Source: Bacteroides sp. (GTDB lineage Bacteria > Bacteroidota > Bacteroidia > Bacteroidales > Muribaculaceae). From it: a DNA stretch of 64,000 nt. The stretch spans positions 25,856 to 89,855 of the forward strand of contig JAAVDB010000001.1 of the NCBI GenBank assembly GCA_014802015.1. The letters are read 5' to 3'. The notes beneath the pieces were generated by a model. The model was given only the letters and a program-made list of their open reading frames with translations, did no database searches and was not told where the DNA came from. Positions 30,626 to 41,000 of the stretch are shown here, in pieces; within the stretch, counting starts at the first letter, position 1; each line of letters begins with the position of its first letter. Both the position numbers and the translations under genes were made by a program.

Positions 30626-32596
30626 ATGGATATAACAATTCCTGTACTTATATTGGCCATCCCGCTCTTTATGTTCCTCCTGTTGGGACTGCTGGGCATG
30701 AAGATGAGCCACAAGCTCGCCGGTGCGCTCGGCACTCTTGGCATGGGCACAGTGCTTGTCCTGTCATATTTCACAGCGTTTACTTACTGGTTCTCCGGCT
30801 CACCTGATTTCATCGAGGGCACGACCCGTCTCCAGTACACCGTCTTTAATCAGACCTGGCTGCAGTTCACCCCCGCGCTTGCCATCAAGCTCGGTTTCCT
30901 GCTTGACCCGATCTCGGCTCTTATGCTTGTAGTCATCCCCACCATTTCGTTTATGGTGCATGTCTATTCGCTCGGCTATATGCACGGTGAGAAAGGTTTC
31001 CAGCGTTACTACGCATTCCTGTCGCTGTTCAGTTTCTCGATGCTCGGACTCGTAGTGGCCACCAATATCTTCCAGATGTATATCTTCTGGGAGCTCGTGG
31101 GTGCCTCTTCGTTCCTCCTCATCGGATTCTTCTACACGCTCCCGTCAGCTGTGGCAGCTTGTAAGAAAGCGTTTATCGTTACCCGATTCGCCGACCTCGG
31201 ATTCCTCCTCGGTATCCTTATATTATCATTCTATACCGGCCATCTCGACTTCCTGCCTATGACTCAGGAGCCTCAGGGCGTCCTCGCATCCTTCGGCGGT
31301 GCGACATTCATGGGTGCATCGGTGCTGACCTGGGCCCTCGTGCTCATCTTCACCGGCGGTATGGGTAAGTCGGCTATGCTTCCCCTCCACATCTGGCTCC
31401 CCGACGCTATGGAAGGCCCGACCCCCGTGTCAGCGCTCATCCATGCCGCTACGATGGTCGTGGCAGGTGTGTATCTCGTGGCCCGTCTCTTCCCGCTCTA
31501 TATGCTTGAGGACGCAGCGCTCAACTTCATCACGGTAGTCGGCGCCATCACGGCATTCTATGCTGCGGTTGTGGCATGCACGCAGATCGACATCAAGCGC
31601 ATCCTTGCTTTCTCGACCATCTCGCAGATAGCATTCATGATGGTGTCGCTCGGTGTAGCAGCCAAGAATGACACGGCTATACACGAGGGACTCGGCTACA
31701 TGGCCTCGATGTTCCACCTCTTCACCCACGCGATGTTCAAGGCCCTCCTCTTCCTCGGAGCCGGTTCGCTGATCCATGCGGTTCACTCCAATAACTACAC
31801 TGCTATGGGAGGCCTCAGAAAGTATATGCCCATCACTCACATCACATTCCTCATCGGCTGTCTTGCCATCGCAGGTATATGGCCCTTCGCAGGATTCTTC
31901 TCCAAGGACGAGATCCTCTCGGCATGTTTCGCCAAGGATACATTCTGGGGAGTATGGATGATGATGGTGGCAGGTATGACCGCATTCTACATGTTCCGTA
32001 TGTACTTCCTCATCTTCTGGTGGGACAATCCCGACTATGAGGCCCGTGTCAAGGAACAGGAAGCTCACGGCCATCATGCGTCCATGCCTCACGAATCACC
32101 CTTCGCAATGGCATTCCCGCTTGTATTCCTCGGCTTGGTATCGATTTGTGCCGGTTGGGTGCCTTTCGGTCAGCTCGTCACTTTTGACGGACACGAGTAT
32201 CATATCCACATCGACTGGACCATCGCATCACTCAGCATGGGTGTGGCGATCGTAGCGATATGTTTTGCCGCATTCCTCTATCTCAAGAAGAATGACAAAC
32301 CCACCCGCATGGCCGACTCGTGCCGCTGGCTCTGGACCGCAGCTCTTCACCGTTTCTATTGGGATGAAATCTATCTCTTCATCACCCGCCGCATTATCTT
32401 TGACGGTATCTGCAAGCCTATCGCATGGTTTGACCGTCATATCATCGACGGAACAATGGATGGATTCGCCACTGTCACCAACGCCGCGTCCAACGCCATC
32501 AAGGGTCTGCAGAGTGGCAAGGTACAGATGTATATATGGTGGTATCTAATCGGTGCAGTAGTCCTCGGCATCATCACCGCAGTGTGCGTCCTCTGA
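30626..32596 (+). CDS. nuoL: NADH-quinone oxidoreductase subunit L
   Basis: FWELVG, GKSAMLPLHIWLPDAMEGPTPVSALIHAATMV, THAMFKALLF, FFSKD, LQSG. Confidence 0.97.
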   Translation: MDITIPVLILAIPLFMFLLLGLLGMKMSHKLAGALGTLGMGTVLVLSYFTAFTYWFSGSPDFIEGTTRLQYTVFNQTWLQFTPALAIKLGFLLDPISALMLVVIPTISFMVHVYSLGYMHGEKGFQRYYAFLSLFSFSMLGLVVATNIFQMYIFWELVGASSFLLIGFFYTLPSAVAACKKAFIVTRFADLGFLLGILILSFYTGHLDFLPMTQEPQGVLASFGGATFMGASVLTWALVLIFTGGMGKSAMLPLHIWLPDAMEGPTPVSALIHAATMVVAGVYLVARLFPLYMLEDAALNFITVVGAITAFYAAVVACTQIDIKRILAFSTISQIAFMMVSLGVAAKNDTAIHEGLGYMASMFHLFTHAMFKALLFLGAGSLIHAVHSNNYTAMGGLRKYMPITHITFLIGCLAIAGIWPFAGFFSKDEILSACFAKDTFWGVWMMMVAGMTAFYMFRMYFLIFWWDNPDYEARVKEQEAHGHHASMPHESPFAMAFPLVFLGLVSICAGWVPFGQLVTFDGHEYHIHIDWTIASLSMGVAIVAICFAAFLYLKKNDKPTRMADSCRWLWTAALHRFYWDEIYLFITRRIIFDGICKPIAWFDRHIIDGTMDGFATVTNAASNAIKGLQSGKVQMYIWWYLIGAVVLGIITAVCVL

Positions 32597-32627
32597 TAAT
32601 GAATTAAGTAGCAAATATAGTAACGAT

Positions 32628-34133
32628 ATGTTCTCAAATATATTAATCTATTTCGTGATCATCCCCTTGGTGATGCTCCTGGGGTTGTTCCTCTGCCGCG
32701 ACATCAAGCAGATCCGCGCCGTGGCCGTCACCGGCTCAGTAGCGCTGACTGCCCTGTCGGTATGGCTTCTCATTGATTATCTCGGACTGCGTGCCGCAGG
32801 CAATGATGCCCCCATGCTCTACCTCGGCTCATGGGAGTGGTTCACCCCGCTCAACATACATCTGGCTGTGGGTGTCGACGGCATCTCTATCGCGATGCTT
32901 ATCCTCACAGGTGTGATTATGATTACCGGTAGTTTCGCGTCGTGGGAGATTCCCCAGCCCAAGGAGTTCTTCCTCTGGCTCATCCTCCTGTCGACCGGTG
33001 TGTACGGATTCTTCATCTCGATCGACCTCTTCACGATGTTCATGTTCTATGAGGTCGCTCTTATCCCCATGTATCTGCTTATCGGCGTGTGGGGCTCGGG
33101 CAACAAGAACTATTCAGCGATGAAGCTCACGCTTATGCTCATGGGCGGTTCGGCATTCCTGATGCTCGGTCTCATCGGCATATATTATCACTCGGCTCCC
33201 GCTGGACAGCCTCTCTCCTGGAATATCCTTGAGATCGTCAACAATGAATCCATCTCGGTAGGTTGGCAGAAGTTCCTCTTCCCGATGACATTTGTCGGAT
33301 TCGGCGTGCTCGGTGCCATGTTCCCGTTCCACACATGGTCGCCTGACGGTCACGCATCGGCCCCCACAGCGGTGTCAATGCTTCACGCTGGTGTGCTTAT
33401 GAAGCTCGGAGGTTACGGATGTTTCCGTGTAGCTATCTATCTGATGCCTCAGGCCGCTCACGAACTTGCATGGATCTTCATCATCCTTACAGGTATCTCG
33501 GTTGTCTACGGTGCGTTCAGCGCATGTGTTCAGAACGACCTCAAGTATATCAACGCTTACTCTTCGGTGTCACACTGCGGTCTGGTGCTTTTCGCCATCC
33601 TCATGCTCAACACCACAGCGATGACCGGTGCCATAATGCAGATGCTCTCACACGGTCTGATGACAGCGCTCTTCTTCGCGCTCATCGGTATGATCTACGG
33701 ACGTACTCACACTCGTGACATCCGCGAGATGGGTGGTATGATGCAGATTCTGCCTTACCTCTCGGTCTGCTACGTCATCGCCGGTATGGCATCGCTCGGT
33801 CTGCCCGGCCTGTCAGGCTTCGTTGCCGAGATGACCATATTCGTAGGATCGTTCCAGCACACTGACTTGTTCCACCGGGTATTCGTGATCCTCGCATGCA
33901 GTTCGATCGTGACCACCGCAGTTTACATCCTGCGCGTTGTGGGCAAACTGCTCTATGGTCCCGTTTACGACCAGCACCATCTGTCACTCACCGACGCCAA
34001 GTGGTGGGAGCGTCTCTCGACAGCCACACTCATCGTATGTGTGGCCGGTATCGGTTGCTTCCCCAACTTCTTTGCCGATCTTATCAAGTTCACATTCAGC
34101 CCGCAGATATTCTCTGTCCTTGGCCTGCATTAA
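32628..34133 (+). CDS. nuoM: NADH-quinone oxidoreductase subunit M
   Basis: FYEVALIPMY, PFHTWSPDGH.SAPT, LMKLGGYG, AYSSVSH, GLPGLSGFVAE. Confidence 0.96.
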   Translation: MFSNILIYFVIIPLVMLLGLFLCRDIKQIRAVAVTGSVALTALSVWLLIDYLGLRAAGNDAPMLYLGSWEWFTPLNIHLAVGVDGISIAMLILTGVIMITGSFASWEIPQPKEFFLWLILLSTGVYGFFISIDLFTMFMFYEVALIPMYLLIGVWGSGNKNYSAMKLTLMLMGGSAFLMLGLIGIYYHSAPAGQPLSWNILEIVNNESISVGWQKFLFPMTFVGFGVLGAMFPFHTWSPDGHASAPTAVSMLHAGVLMKLGGYGCFRVAIYLMPQAAHELAWIFIILTGISVVYGAFSACVQNDLKYINAYSSVSHCGLVLFAILMLNTTAMTGAIMQMLSHGLMTALFFALIGMIYGRTHTRDIREMGGMMQILPYLSVCYVIAGMASLGLPGLSGFVAEMTIFVGSFQHTDLFHRVFVILACSSIVTTAVYILRVVGKLLYGPVYDQHHLSLTDAKWWERLSTATLIVCVAGIGCFPNFFADLIKFTFSPQIFSVLGLH

Positions 34134-34154
34134 TATTATTAGAAGAATAAAGCA

Positions 34155-35594
34155 ATGGATTATTCACAGTTTTTAGCCCTGAAACAGGAAATCGGACTGC
34201 TGATAGTGTTTCTGTTAGTGTTCCTCTACGATACTTTTGCTCCGCGCAAGGCTCAGAATTCACTCCCCGTCATCTCGACACTGCTGATGCTCGTCCTCAC
34301 GCTCTGGGGATTCTGCCCGTGTGTCAAAGCCGACGCAGTGGCCTTCGCCGGAATGTATGTGACATCACCCGTCATGGTGGCCATCAAGAATATTCTCAAT
34401 GTAGGTGTGGTCATCGTGCTCATTCAGTCAATCAAGTGGGCCAACTCGGAGTTTACCTCCGTGCGCCGTGGCGAGTTCTACGAACTGATACTGCTGACAC
34501 TGCTCGGCATGTATTTCATGATATCGAGCCGTCACTTCCTGATGTTCGTCATCGGACTTGAAACAGCTTCACTTCCGCTCTGCGCACTCGTAGCCTTCGA
34601 CAAGAACCGCTATGAGAGCCATGAGGCAGCCATCAAGTATGTGCTCACCGCCGTGTTCTCGTCAGCCATTCTGCTGATGGGTCTCTCATACGTCTACGGC
34701 CTCACCGGTTCACTCTATTACAGCGACATTGCAGTAGCATGTACTGCCAATATGGGTGTGATGATGATTGTGGCGCTGGCATTCGTGATGGCCGGATTCG
34801 GTTTCAAGATTTCGCTCGTGCCTTTCCACCTCTGGACCGCTGATGTATATCAGGGTGCACCCACATCGGTGACATCTTATCTCTCGGTTATCTCCAAGGG
34901 TTCGGCCGCATTCGCATTCCTCGTGGTGCTCACTCAGGTGTTCGGCACACTCTACACCGCCGCATGGGAGTGGATGCTTTACGCGCTGATTATCCTCACC
35001 ATCACCGTAGGTAACCTCTTCGCGATGCGTCAGGTCAATATGAAGCGATTCCTCGCCTTCTCATCGATCTCGCAGGCCGGTTATATCATGCTTGCCGTTA
35101 TCGGTGACAATCCGATGGGTGTATCGGCGCTCATGTTCTATATACTCGTGTATGTGTTCTCCAACCTTGCAGCATTCGGTGTGATCGGTGCCATAGAGAA
35201 TGCTACAGGCAAACTTCAGATGACCGACTACAACGGCCTGTACAAGACCAATCCCCGTCTCGCGTTCACAATGATGCTGGCCATGTTCTCGCTCGCAGGT
35301 ATTCCTCCGTTCGCAGGCTTCTTCAGCAAATTCTTCGTGTTCACCTCTGCACTCAACGGCACTGAGTCTGTGGCTCTCTACGTGCTCGTGCTCATCGCAT
35401 TGATCAATACCATCATCTCGCTCTACTACTACCTGCTCGTGGTGAAGGCAATGTTTATCAATGACAGCGAGCAGCCCATCGCTACATTCCGTTCGGCATG
35501 CTCCGAGCGTATGGGCATGTGGATATGTGTAGCCGGTATCATCGGCCTCGGCATTATCAGCTACTTCTACAATTATCTTCTTACAGTCGGTTGA
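34155..35594 (+). CDS. nuoN: NADH-quinone oxidoreductase subunit N
   Basis: EAAIKY, GFKISLVPFHLWTADVYQGAP, KRFLAFSSISQAGY, SLAGIPPFAGFFSK. Confidence 0.96.
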   Translation: MDYSQFLALKQEIGLLIVFLLVFLYDTFAPRKAQNSLPVISTLLMLVLTLWGFCPCVKADAVAFAGMYVTSPVMVAIKNILNVGVVIVLIQSIKWANSEFTSVRRGEFYELILLTLLGMYFMISSRHFLMFVIGLETASLPLCALVAFDKNRYESHEAAIKYVLTAVFSSAILLMGLSYVYGLTGSLYYSDIAVACTANMGVMMIVALAFVMAGFGFKISLVPFHLWTADVYQGAPTSVTSYLSVISKGSAAFAFLVVLTQVFGTLYTAAWEWMLYALIILTITVGNLFAMRQVNMKRFLAFSSISQAGYIMLAVIGDNPMGVSALMFYILVYVFSNLAAFGVIGAIENATGKLQMTDYNGLYKTNPRLAFTMMLAMFSLAGIPPFAGFFSKFFVFTSALNGTESVALYVLVLIALINTIISLYYYLLVVKAMFINDSEQPIATFRSACSERMGMWICVAGIIGLGIISYFYNYLLTVG

Positions 35595-35632
35595 TCACCG
35601 ATTGCGTGACAATTGTATAAATACGACAACGT

Positions 35633-35672
35633 CATCTCCGGCTCAAGGGCTCATGCTCTGAGGCCGGAGATG
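35633..35672 (+). terminator. Hairpin after nuoN (probable end of the nuo/atp transcript)
   Basis: CATCTCCGGC...GCCGGAGATG stem with a weak U-tract. Confidence 0.5.
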
Positions 35673-35721
35673 CTTGATAAATATAATTTATACCTATTTA
35701 ATTTAATTAAATACTCAGGAA

Positions 35722-36537
35722 ATGGGTCCTATAGGCGTTTTTGACTCTGGCTACGGCGGTCTTACCATCCTCAAGGAGATACGTAAAGCACTGCCCCAAT
35801 ACGATTATATCTATCTCGGCGACAATGCCCGTGCGCCATACGGTACACGCTCGTTTGACGTGGTGTACGAGTTTACGCTTCAGGCCGTACGTCAGCTGTT
35901 CGAGCGCGGATGCGAACTTGTGATTCTGGCATGTAACACTGCATCAGCTAAGGCTCTCCGCTCCATCCAGCAGAAGGATCTGCCTGAGATTGATCCCTCC
36001 AAGCGTGTACTCGGAGTAATCATCCCCACAGTCGAAGCGCTCGGTAATGTGAGCAAGAACGGTAACATCGGTGTACTCGGCACCCCCGGAACAATTTCGT
36101 CAGGTACCTATGACATCGAGATCGCGAAATTCTTCCCCTCGTTCCGCACAGTCACCGAGGCATGTCCTATGTGGGTACCTCTGGTCGAGAACCGTGAGTA
36201 TGACTCGGAGGGTGCGGATTATTTCGTGAAGAAATACGTCGAGAATCTGTTTGCTCAGGAGCCGGAGATCGATACGATCGTGCTCGGGTGCACACATTAT
36301 CCCCTGCTGCTTGACAAGATTGAGCGTCAGGTGGCAGGTCGTGCCACCGTAGTGACGCAGGGTAAGCTGGTCGCAGAAAGTCTGGTCAATTATCTCGACC
36401 GTCACCCCGAGATGGATGAGAAATGTTCGAAGGAGGGCAGTGTGACATATCTGACCACTGAACATCCCGATAAATTCACCGACATGGCTACACTCTTTAT
36501 GGAGGAGCCGGTCAAAGCTACACGCATAGAACTCTGA
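35722..36537 (+). CDS. murI: Glutamate racemase
   Basis: GVFDSGYGGL, APYG, ACNTASA, LGCTHYP. Confidence 0.96.
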   Translation: MGPIGVFDSGYGGLTILKEIRKALPQYDYIYLGDNARAPYGTRSFDVVYEFTLQAVRQLFERGCELVILACNTASAKALRSIQQKDLPEIDPSKRVLGVIIPTVEALGNVSKNGNIGVLGTPGTISSGTYDIEIAKFFPSFRTVTEACPMWVPLVENREYDSEGADYFVKKYVENLFAQEPEIDTIVLGCTHYPLLLDKIERQVAGRATVVTQGKLVAESLVNYLDRHPEMDEKCSKEGSVTYLTTEHPDKFTDMATLFMEEPVKATRIEL

Positions 36538-39080
36538 TGTTGTCACACGCAGGTCGTCACACGCTTAGATCCATCATATTCACTCTGCTCGCAGGCGGAG
36601 TGGCGGCTTGTTCGTCCGATGACGCCCGTGACGGAACACTCCGTTCCGGAATGCTATCGGTGGAAATCATCACCGATAATGTCGTGACTGTCGCCGGAAG
36701 AGACGGTGCGACGGCTGTGTCGGGTTATGATACGGACGGTGAAGAGATATTTCTGACCATGTCGTCAGACGACGGCAAGTATTCCCACCGTTGGGAGAAT
36801 GTTGCCAACTTCCCTCAGGGGCAGTTTTATCTGGCCGGAAAATATCAGCTCGCTGCCGGATGCGGCATGGAGGAGATGGAGGGCTTTAATGTTCCGTCGT
36901 TCTACGGATCGACCGAGGTGTATGTCAGAGAGGGTGAGAATGAGACCGTGAACATCACACTCACGCTGGCAAATGCGTTTGTGACGGTGGATTACACGGA
37001 TGCTGTGGCCTCGGAATTTTCTTCAATCCGGGCTATGGTTCATACTCCGGGTGGCCTCTATCACGTATATCCGGCTGACGAGACGCGTTACCTGTGTCTG
37101 CAACCCGGCAAGACGGAGGTGTATCTTGATGCCATATTGTCGGACGGGCGACAGGTGACTTATTCTGCTTACGAGTTCGAATCAACATCACCCGCCACAC
37201 TCTATCCGCTCACGATCGACTGTGAAAGCACGCCCCAAGGACCAAAAGTCATTGTCGAGGGGCCGGAGAGGACTATGTCCACTCTGCTTGACGATGATTT
37301 CTTAGCCGGCGGTGCGCCGGTCATCAACGCCTCTTGGCAAGGGCAGACGTCATTTCAGCTCCCCGAGGGCGACCGTCCCGAATCCGTCTATAAGGCCACA
37401 GTCACATCATCGGTCGCACTGAGATCGCTGGTGCTGTCTACTCTGTCAATATCGCTTGCCGAACAGGGGATGCCGTCAGAGGTGGATCTGATGAATATGT
37501 CAGCCGAGACAGCTGAACGACTGCGTGAACTCGGTCTGGAATACACACTGACATCCAAGGGCGCGACCGTCACGCTTGACGGACTGATGGGCAATATCGC
37601 TTATATAGATAAGGTAGCTGCCTTGTCATCGTTCTCATTGCTGGCCGAAGGGGTCGACGGTAGTACATCACTTCCTGTGAGTATCATAGTCGATACGACC
37701 CCGGTAGATGTATCTGTGATCAAAACTTATCCTGTGACGATGGGCATCGACCGCGTGCGTATCGGTGTCAGTTGTGATGCGTCAGGATTCATGAATAATA
37801 TTGGTGTCGAGGTATTGACCGACCCTACAGCCGGAGTATGGACCGAGGCTGAGTCACTCAGTGTCGCACCTACAGGCGAAGATGGCGTCTATACCCTGTC
37901 ATTTGACATCGCGCCGGGAAGTGCCCCGCTGACCGGACGAATACTGTATTGTGGAAAAGTCCGCTCCACATTCGAGATACACAGGGTGATGCCCGCATTC
38001 ACGATCGAAGTGGATGCATACGCGACGATGGCGGCTGTGAAAATCGTACCGTCAGACATGTCACTTCTGACCTCAATCACCGAGAATGCGCGCGTGTATA
38101 TCAACGGCAATGAGGCACCGGTTTATATCGACCGGCCAGAACGAGGCATACTCACAGTGATCGGACTGTCGCCATCTACAACATACGAATTTAAGGCCAC
38201 CATGATGAGCGGAGTCACCGATCCGGAATTTACGCCGGCAGTGCGCGTGACCACCGAGAGCACCCCTCAGCTGCCCAACGCCGACTTTGAGGATAGGACA
38301 GATGGAGTGAAATATATGAACTTACCCTCGGGAGGCCGCTATTCGCAGACCGTAGTCCAGATATTCAACTGGCAGCATCACACATCGTTTGACACCGAGG
38401 TGCCTAAGCAATGGGCCAATACCAATGCCAAGACATTCGCGCTATCATCCGATATACATAACACGTGGTACATGCAGCCGTCCGTCTATCTGACGCGTGA
38501 CAACGTCTTCAGCCAGAGTTTTGCAACGGTACTCAGGAGTGTGGCGTTCGACCCTCACGGCAAGCCGATACCTGATTATACGCAGACCGGCACCCCATAT
38601 CTGGATTATTCACCGATAGTCCCAGAAATTTCCTATCGTGCTGCGGGCAAACTGTTTCTCGGCAGCTATTCGTTCAATCCGGCCACGATGCAGGAGGTGT
38701 ATAACGAAGGTATCGAGTGGCATTCGCGTCCCACGTCTGTCAACGGCAACTATCGCTTTCTGCCATCGGCAACCGACCGATCGGACTGCGGAGTGGTCTC
38801 CGTCGAGGTGATAGGCCGAGACTCTACCGGCCAGGAGGTGACTATCGCATCGGGTGATGCACTGCTCGCACTCGCATCAAGCTATACGGCATTCAGTGTG
38901 CCGCTTACTTATACAAAATTCGGTGTCAAAGCCGTCAAGCTAAAGGTTATGTTCGCGTCATCCTCCCGTTTCGGAGCGATCACTGAGGAGACTCAGAACG
39001 TCGTGACAGACGCTAATGTGCTCACCGGCTCATCGGTCGGCGGCCAGCTGTGGATCGACAACGTTACTCTGGCTTATTGA
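36537..39080 (+). CDS. Surface lipoprotein: DUF4493-like N-terminus, FN3-like domain, C-terminal PCMD-like domain
   Basis: Lipobox VAAC, GLSPSTTYEF (FN3-like), QLPNADFE...AAGKLFLG...SRPTS...LWIDNVTLAY. Domain names are from recall. Confidence 0.65.
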   Translation: MLSHAGRHTLRSIIFTLLAGGVAACSSDDARDGTLRSGMLSVEIITDNVVTVAGRDGATAVSGYDTDGEEIFLTMSSDDGKYSHRWENVANFPQGQFYLAGKYQLAAGCGMEEMEGFNVPSFYGSTEVYVREGENETVNITLTLANAFVTVDYTDAVASEFSSIRAMVHTPGGLYHVYPADETRYLCLQPGKTEVYLDAILSDGRQVTYSAYEFESTSPATLYPLTIDCESTPQGPKVIVEGPERTMSTLLDDDFLAGGAPVINASWQGQTSFQLPEGDRPESVYKATVTSSVALRSLVLSTLSISLAEQGMPSEVDLMNMSAETAERLRELGLEYTLTSKGATVTLDGLMGNIAYIDKVAALSSFSLLAEGVDGSTSLPVSIIVDTTPVDVSVIKTYPVTMGIDRVRIGVSCDASGFMNNIGVEVLTDPTAGVWTEAESLSVAPTGEDGVYTLSFDIAPGSAPLTGRILYCGKVRSTFEIHRVMPAFTIEVDAYATMAAVKIVPSDMSLLTSITENARVYINGNEAPVYIDRPERGILTVIGLSPSTTYEFKATMMSGVTDPEFTPAVRVTTESTPQLPNADFEDRTDGVKYMNLPSGGRYSQTVVQIFNWQHHTSFDTEVPKQWANTNAKTFALSSDIHNTWYMQPSVYLTRDNVFSQSFATVLRSVAFDPHGKPIPDYTQTGTPYLDYSPIVPEISYRAAGKLFLGSYSFNPATMQEVYNEGIEWHSRPTSVNGNYRFLPSATDRSDCGVVSVEVIGRDSTGQEVTIASGDALLALASSYTAFSVPLTYTKFGVKAVKLKVMFASSSRFGAITEETQNVVTDANVLTGSSVGGQLWIDNVTLAY

Positions 39081-39097
39081 CACTGTAAGAAATACAA

Positions 39098-39850
39098 ATG
39101 AAAAGATTAATGGCTAAAAAGCTGATACGCATATTCTCGCTCATAATCACACTGTCGGCCGCGCTGTCTGCGTCAGGGCAGGCGGCTTTCAACCGCGGTC
39201 TTGAGCAGGTGTCATTCATCCCGAAAGGCCAATGGATTACTGGCGTTAATGTGAGCTATTCGCAGAGCAATTTTGATAATTATAAGTTTCTTATCATCGA
39301 GAATATCGGCGGAGACACCTATAATTTCAAACTGAGCCCCATGCTCATGTACAGTTTTCAGGATAATATGGCTGCCGGCGGACGTTTTGCCTACTCGCGT
39401 TCACGCACCCGCCTGAACAGTGCCGATGTCATCATCGACTCCGAGACCACCTACGAGCCGGGGCAGCTCTACTCGCTCGCGCACAATTACTTCGGCACGG
39501 CATCGTTCCGCAACTATTTCTCGCTCGGACGCTCGATGCGATTCGGATTTTTCAACGAGATACAGTTGCAGCTCGGTGGCGGACAGTCCAAGATAGTCAA
39601 TGGTGAGGGTCAGGATCTGACCGGCACGTATTCACGCAACTTCTCGCTTGACGTAGGTCTGACTCCGGGTCTGATAATGTTTCTCAACAACTATTCGGCA
39701 ATCGAGGTGAGTGTCGGAGTGCTCGGATTCAGTTATAGCAAGACTCACGCGATAACCAATCAGATATATATCGCGGACTATGCCAGCAAATACGCCAACT
39801 TTAAGATCAATCTGTTCTCCATCTCCTTCGGAGTGGCATTCTATCTATAA
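39098..39850 (+). CDS. Outer-membrane beta-barrel protein
   Basis: Signal peptide, FIPKGQW, amphipathic strands, C-terminal FGVAFYL. Confidence 0.75.
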   Translation: MKRLMAKKLIRIFSLIITLSAALSASGQAAFNRGLEQVSFIPKGQWITGVNVSYSQSNFDNYKFLIIENIGGDTYNFKLSPMLMYSFQDNMAAGGRFAYSRSRTRLNSADVIIDSETTYEPGQLYSLAHNYFGTASFRNYFSLGRSMRFGFFNEIQLQLGGGQSKIVNGEGQDLTGTYSRNFSLDVGLTPGLIMFLNNYSAIEVSVGVLGFSYSKTHAITNQIYIADYASKYANFKINLFSISFGVAFYL

Positions 39851-39869
39851 CCTCAGCCGCATATAACCA

Positions 39870-41000
39870 ATGAACCGACTAACAGCAATAATAGTCATCA
39901 TCACCGTGTCGTTCGGGTTGAGGATACCGCTCATGGCGGACAGTCCCGATAATAATTTGCCCGAGACATCAACAGTCACCACTTCGCGGGTCACTACTCC
40001 TGTGGTGGCCGAAGGGGTTGATTCGGTAGTCACCGTCACTACGACCACAGTCGTGACCAAAGTGTACAGGACGGGGACGGATTCTGTGAAGACTGTTCCT
40101 GCCACAGAGCGGATGCATAATGCTGACGATACGGTGCGCCGCACCATGATGCCGGCCCCGCTCGTCCAGCCCGAACTGCCCGTATACACGTATCTCGATA
40201 GCGTCAACGGACATCCCGTCAACGAGGATGGCAAGATTGTACTCGCCACCATTGACCCGAGGCTGCTCAGTGAGCGTGTAGTGGTGGCCGGTGACACTGT
40301 GCCGATCATTCTGCCCGCACCCAACTACGGACGTTATGACCGCGGTCTGTTCAACTTTCTGTTCATACCCAAGGGGCAGTGGATGTTCGGACTTACGGCG
40401 TCATACGGCGAGTTCAATTCGGATGACGTGCAGATACTGTCGCTGCTGAAAGATTTTACCTTCAAAGGCAAGATTTACTCCATACAGCCCACCATCAGCT
40501 ACTTCTTCCGCAGTAATCAGTCGATGGGTCTGAAGCTGAATTACTCGCGCGGCATCGCTGATCTCGGCGGCCTGTCGGTTGACTTCGACGAGGACATGAG
40601 TTTCACGCTTAGTGACATAAGCTATTACTCCGAGACATATACCACATCCGTATTCTACCGCAATTACGTTGGTCTCGGTGCCGACAAGCGCTTTGCCATC
40701 TTCAATGAAATCGACCTCGCTTTCGGCAGCGGATCGTCGCGCTTCAAACGCAGTTATGACGGCGAGATGAAGGACACAAAGACACTGACCTCGAAGTGGA
40801 GTCTTAATTTCTCGCCGGGACTCACGATGTTCATCATGGACAATGTCTGCTTTAACGTCTCGTTCGGAGTGTTCGGTCTGCACGTCACGCATGACAAGCA
40901 GTATACCAACGGCGAGGATGAAGGCTCGCGCACATCCTCGGGTGCGAATTTCCGTTTCAATCTGTTCAATATCAATTTCGGATTAGGTGTCACGATTTAG
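39870..41000 (+). CDS. Outer-membrane beta-barrel protein (paralog of 39098) with Thr/Val-rich N-terminal extension
   Basis: Shares FIPKGQW, FNEI.L..G.G.S and ANF..NLF.I.FG motifs with the previous gene. Confidence 0.75.
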   Translation: MNRLTAIIVIITVSFGLRIPLMADSPDNNLPETSTVTTSRVTTPVVAEGVDSVVTVTTTTVVTKVYRTGTDSVKTVPATERMHNADDTVRRTMMPAPLVQPELPVYTYLDSVNGHPVNEDGKIVLATIDPRLLSERVVVAGDTVPIILPAPNYGRYDRGLFNFLFIPKGQWMFGLTASYGEFNSDDVQILSLLKDFTFKGKIYSIQPTISYFFRSNQSMGLKLNYSRGIADLGGLSVDFDEDMSFTLSDISYYSETYTTSVFYRNYVGLGADKRFAIFNEIDLAFGSGSSRFKRSYDGEMKDTKTLTSKWSLNFSPGLTMFIMDNVCFNVSFGVFGLHVTHDKQYTNGEDEGSRTSSGANFRFNLFNINFGLGVTI

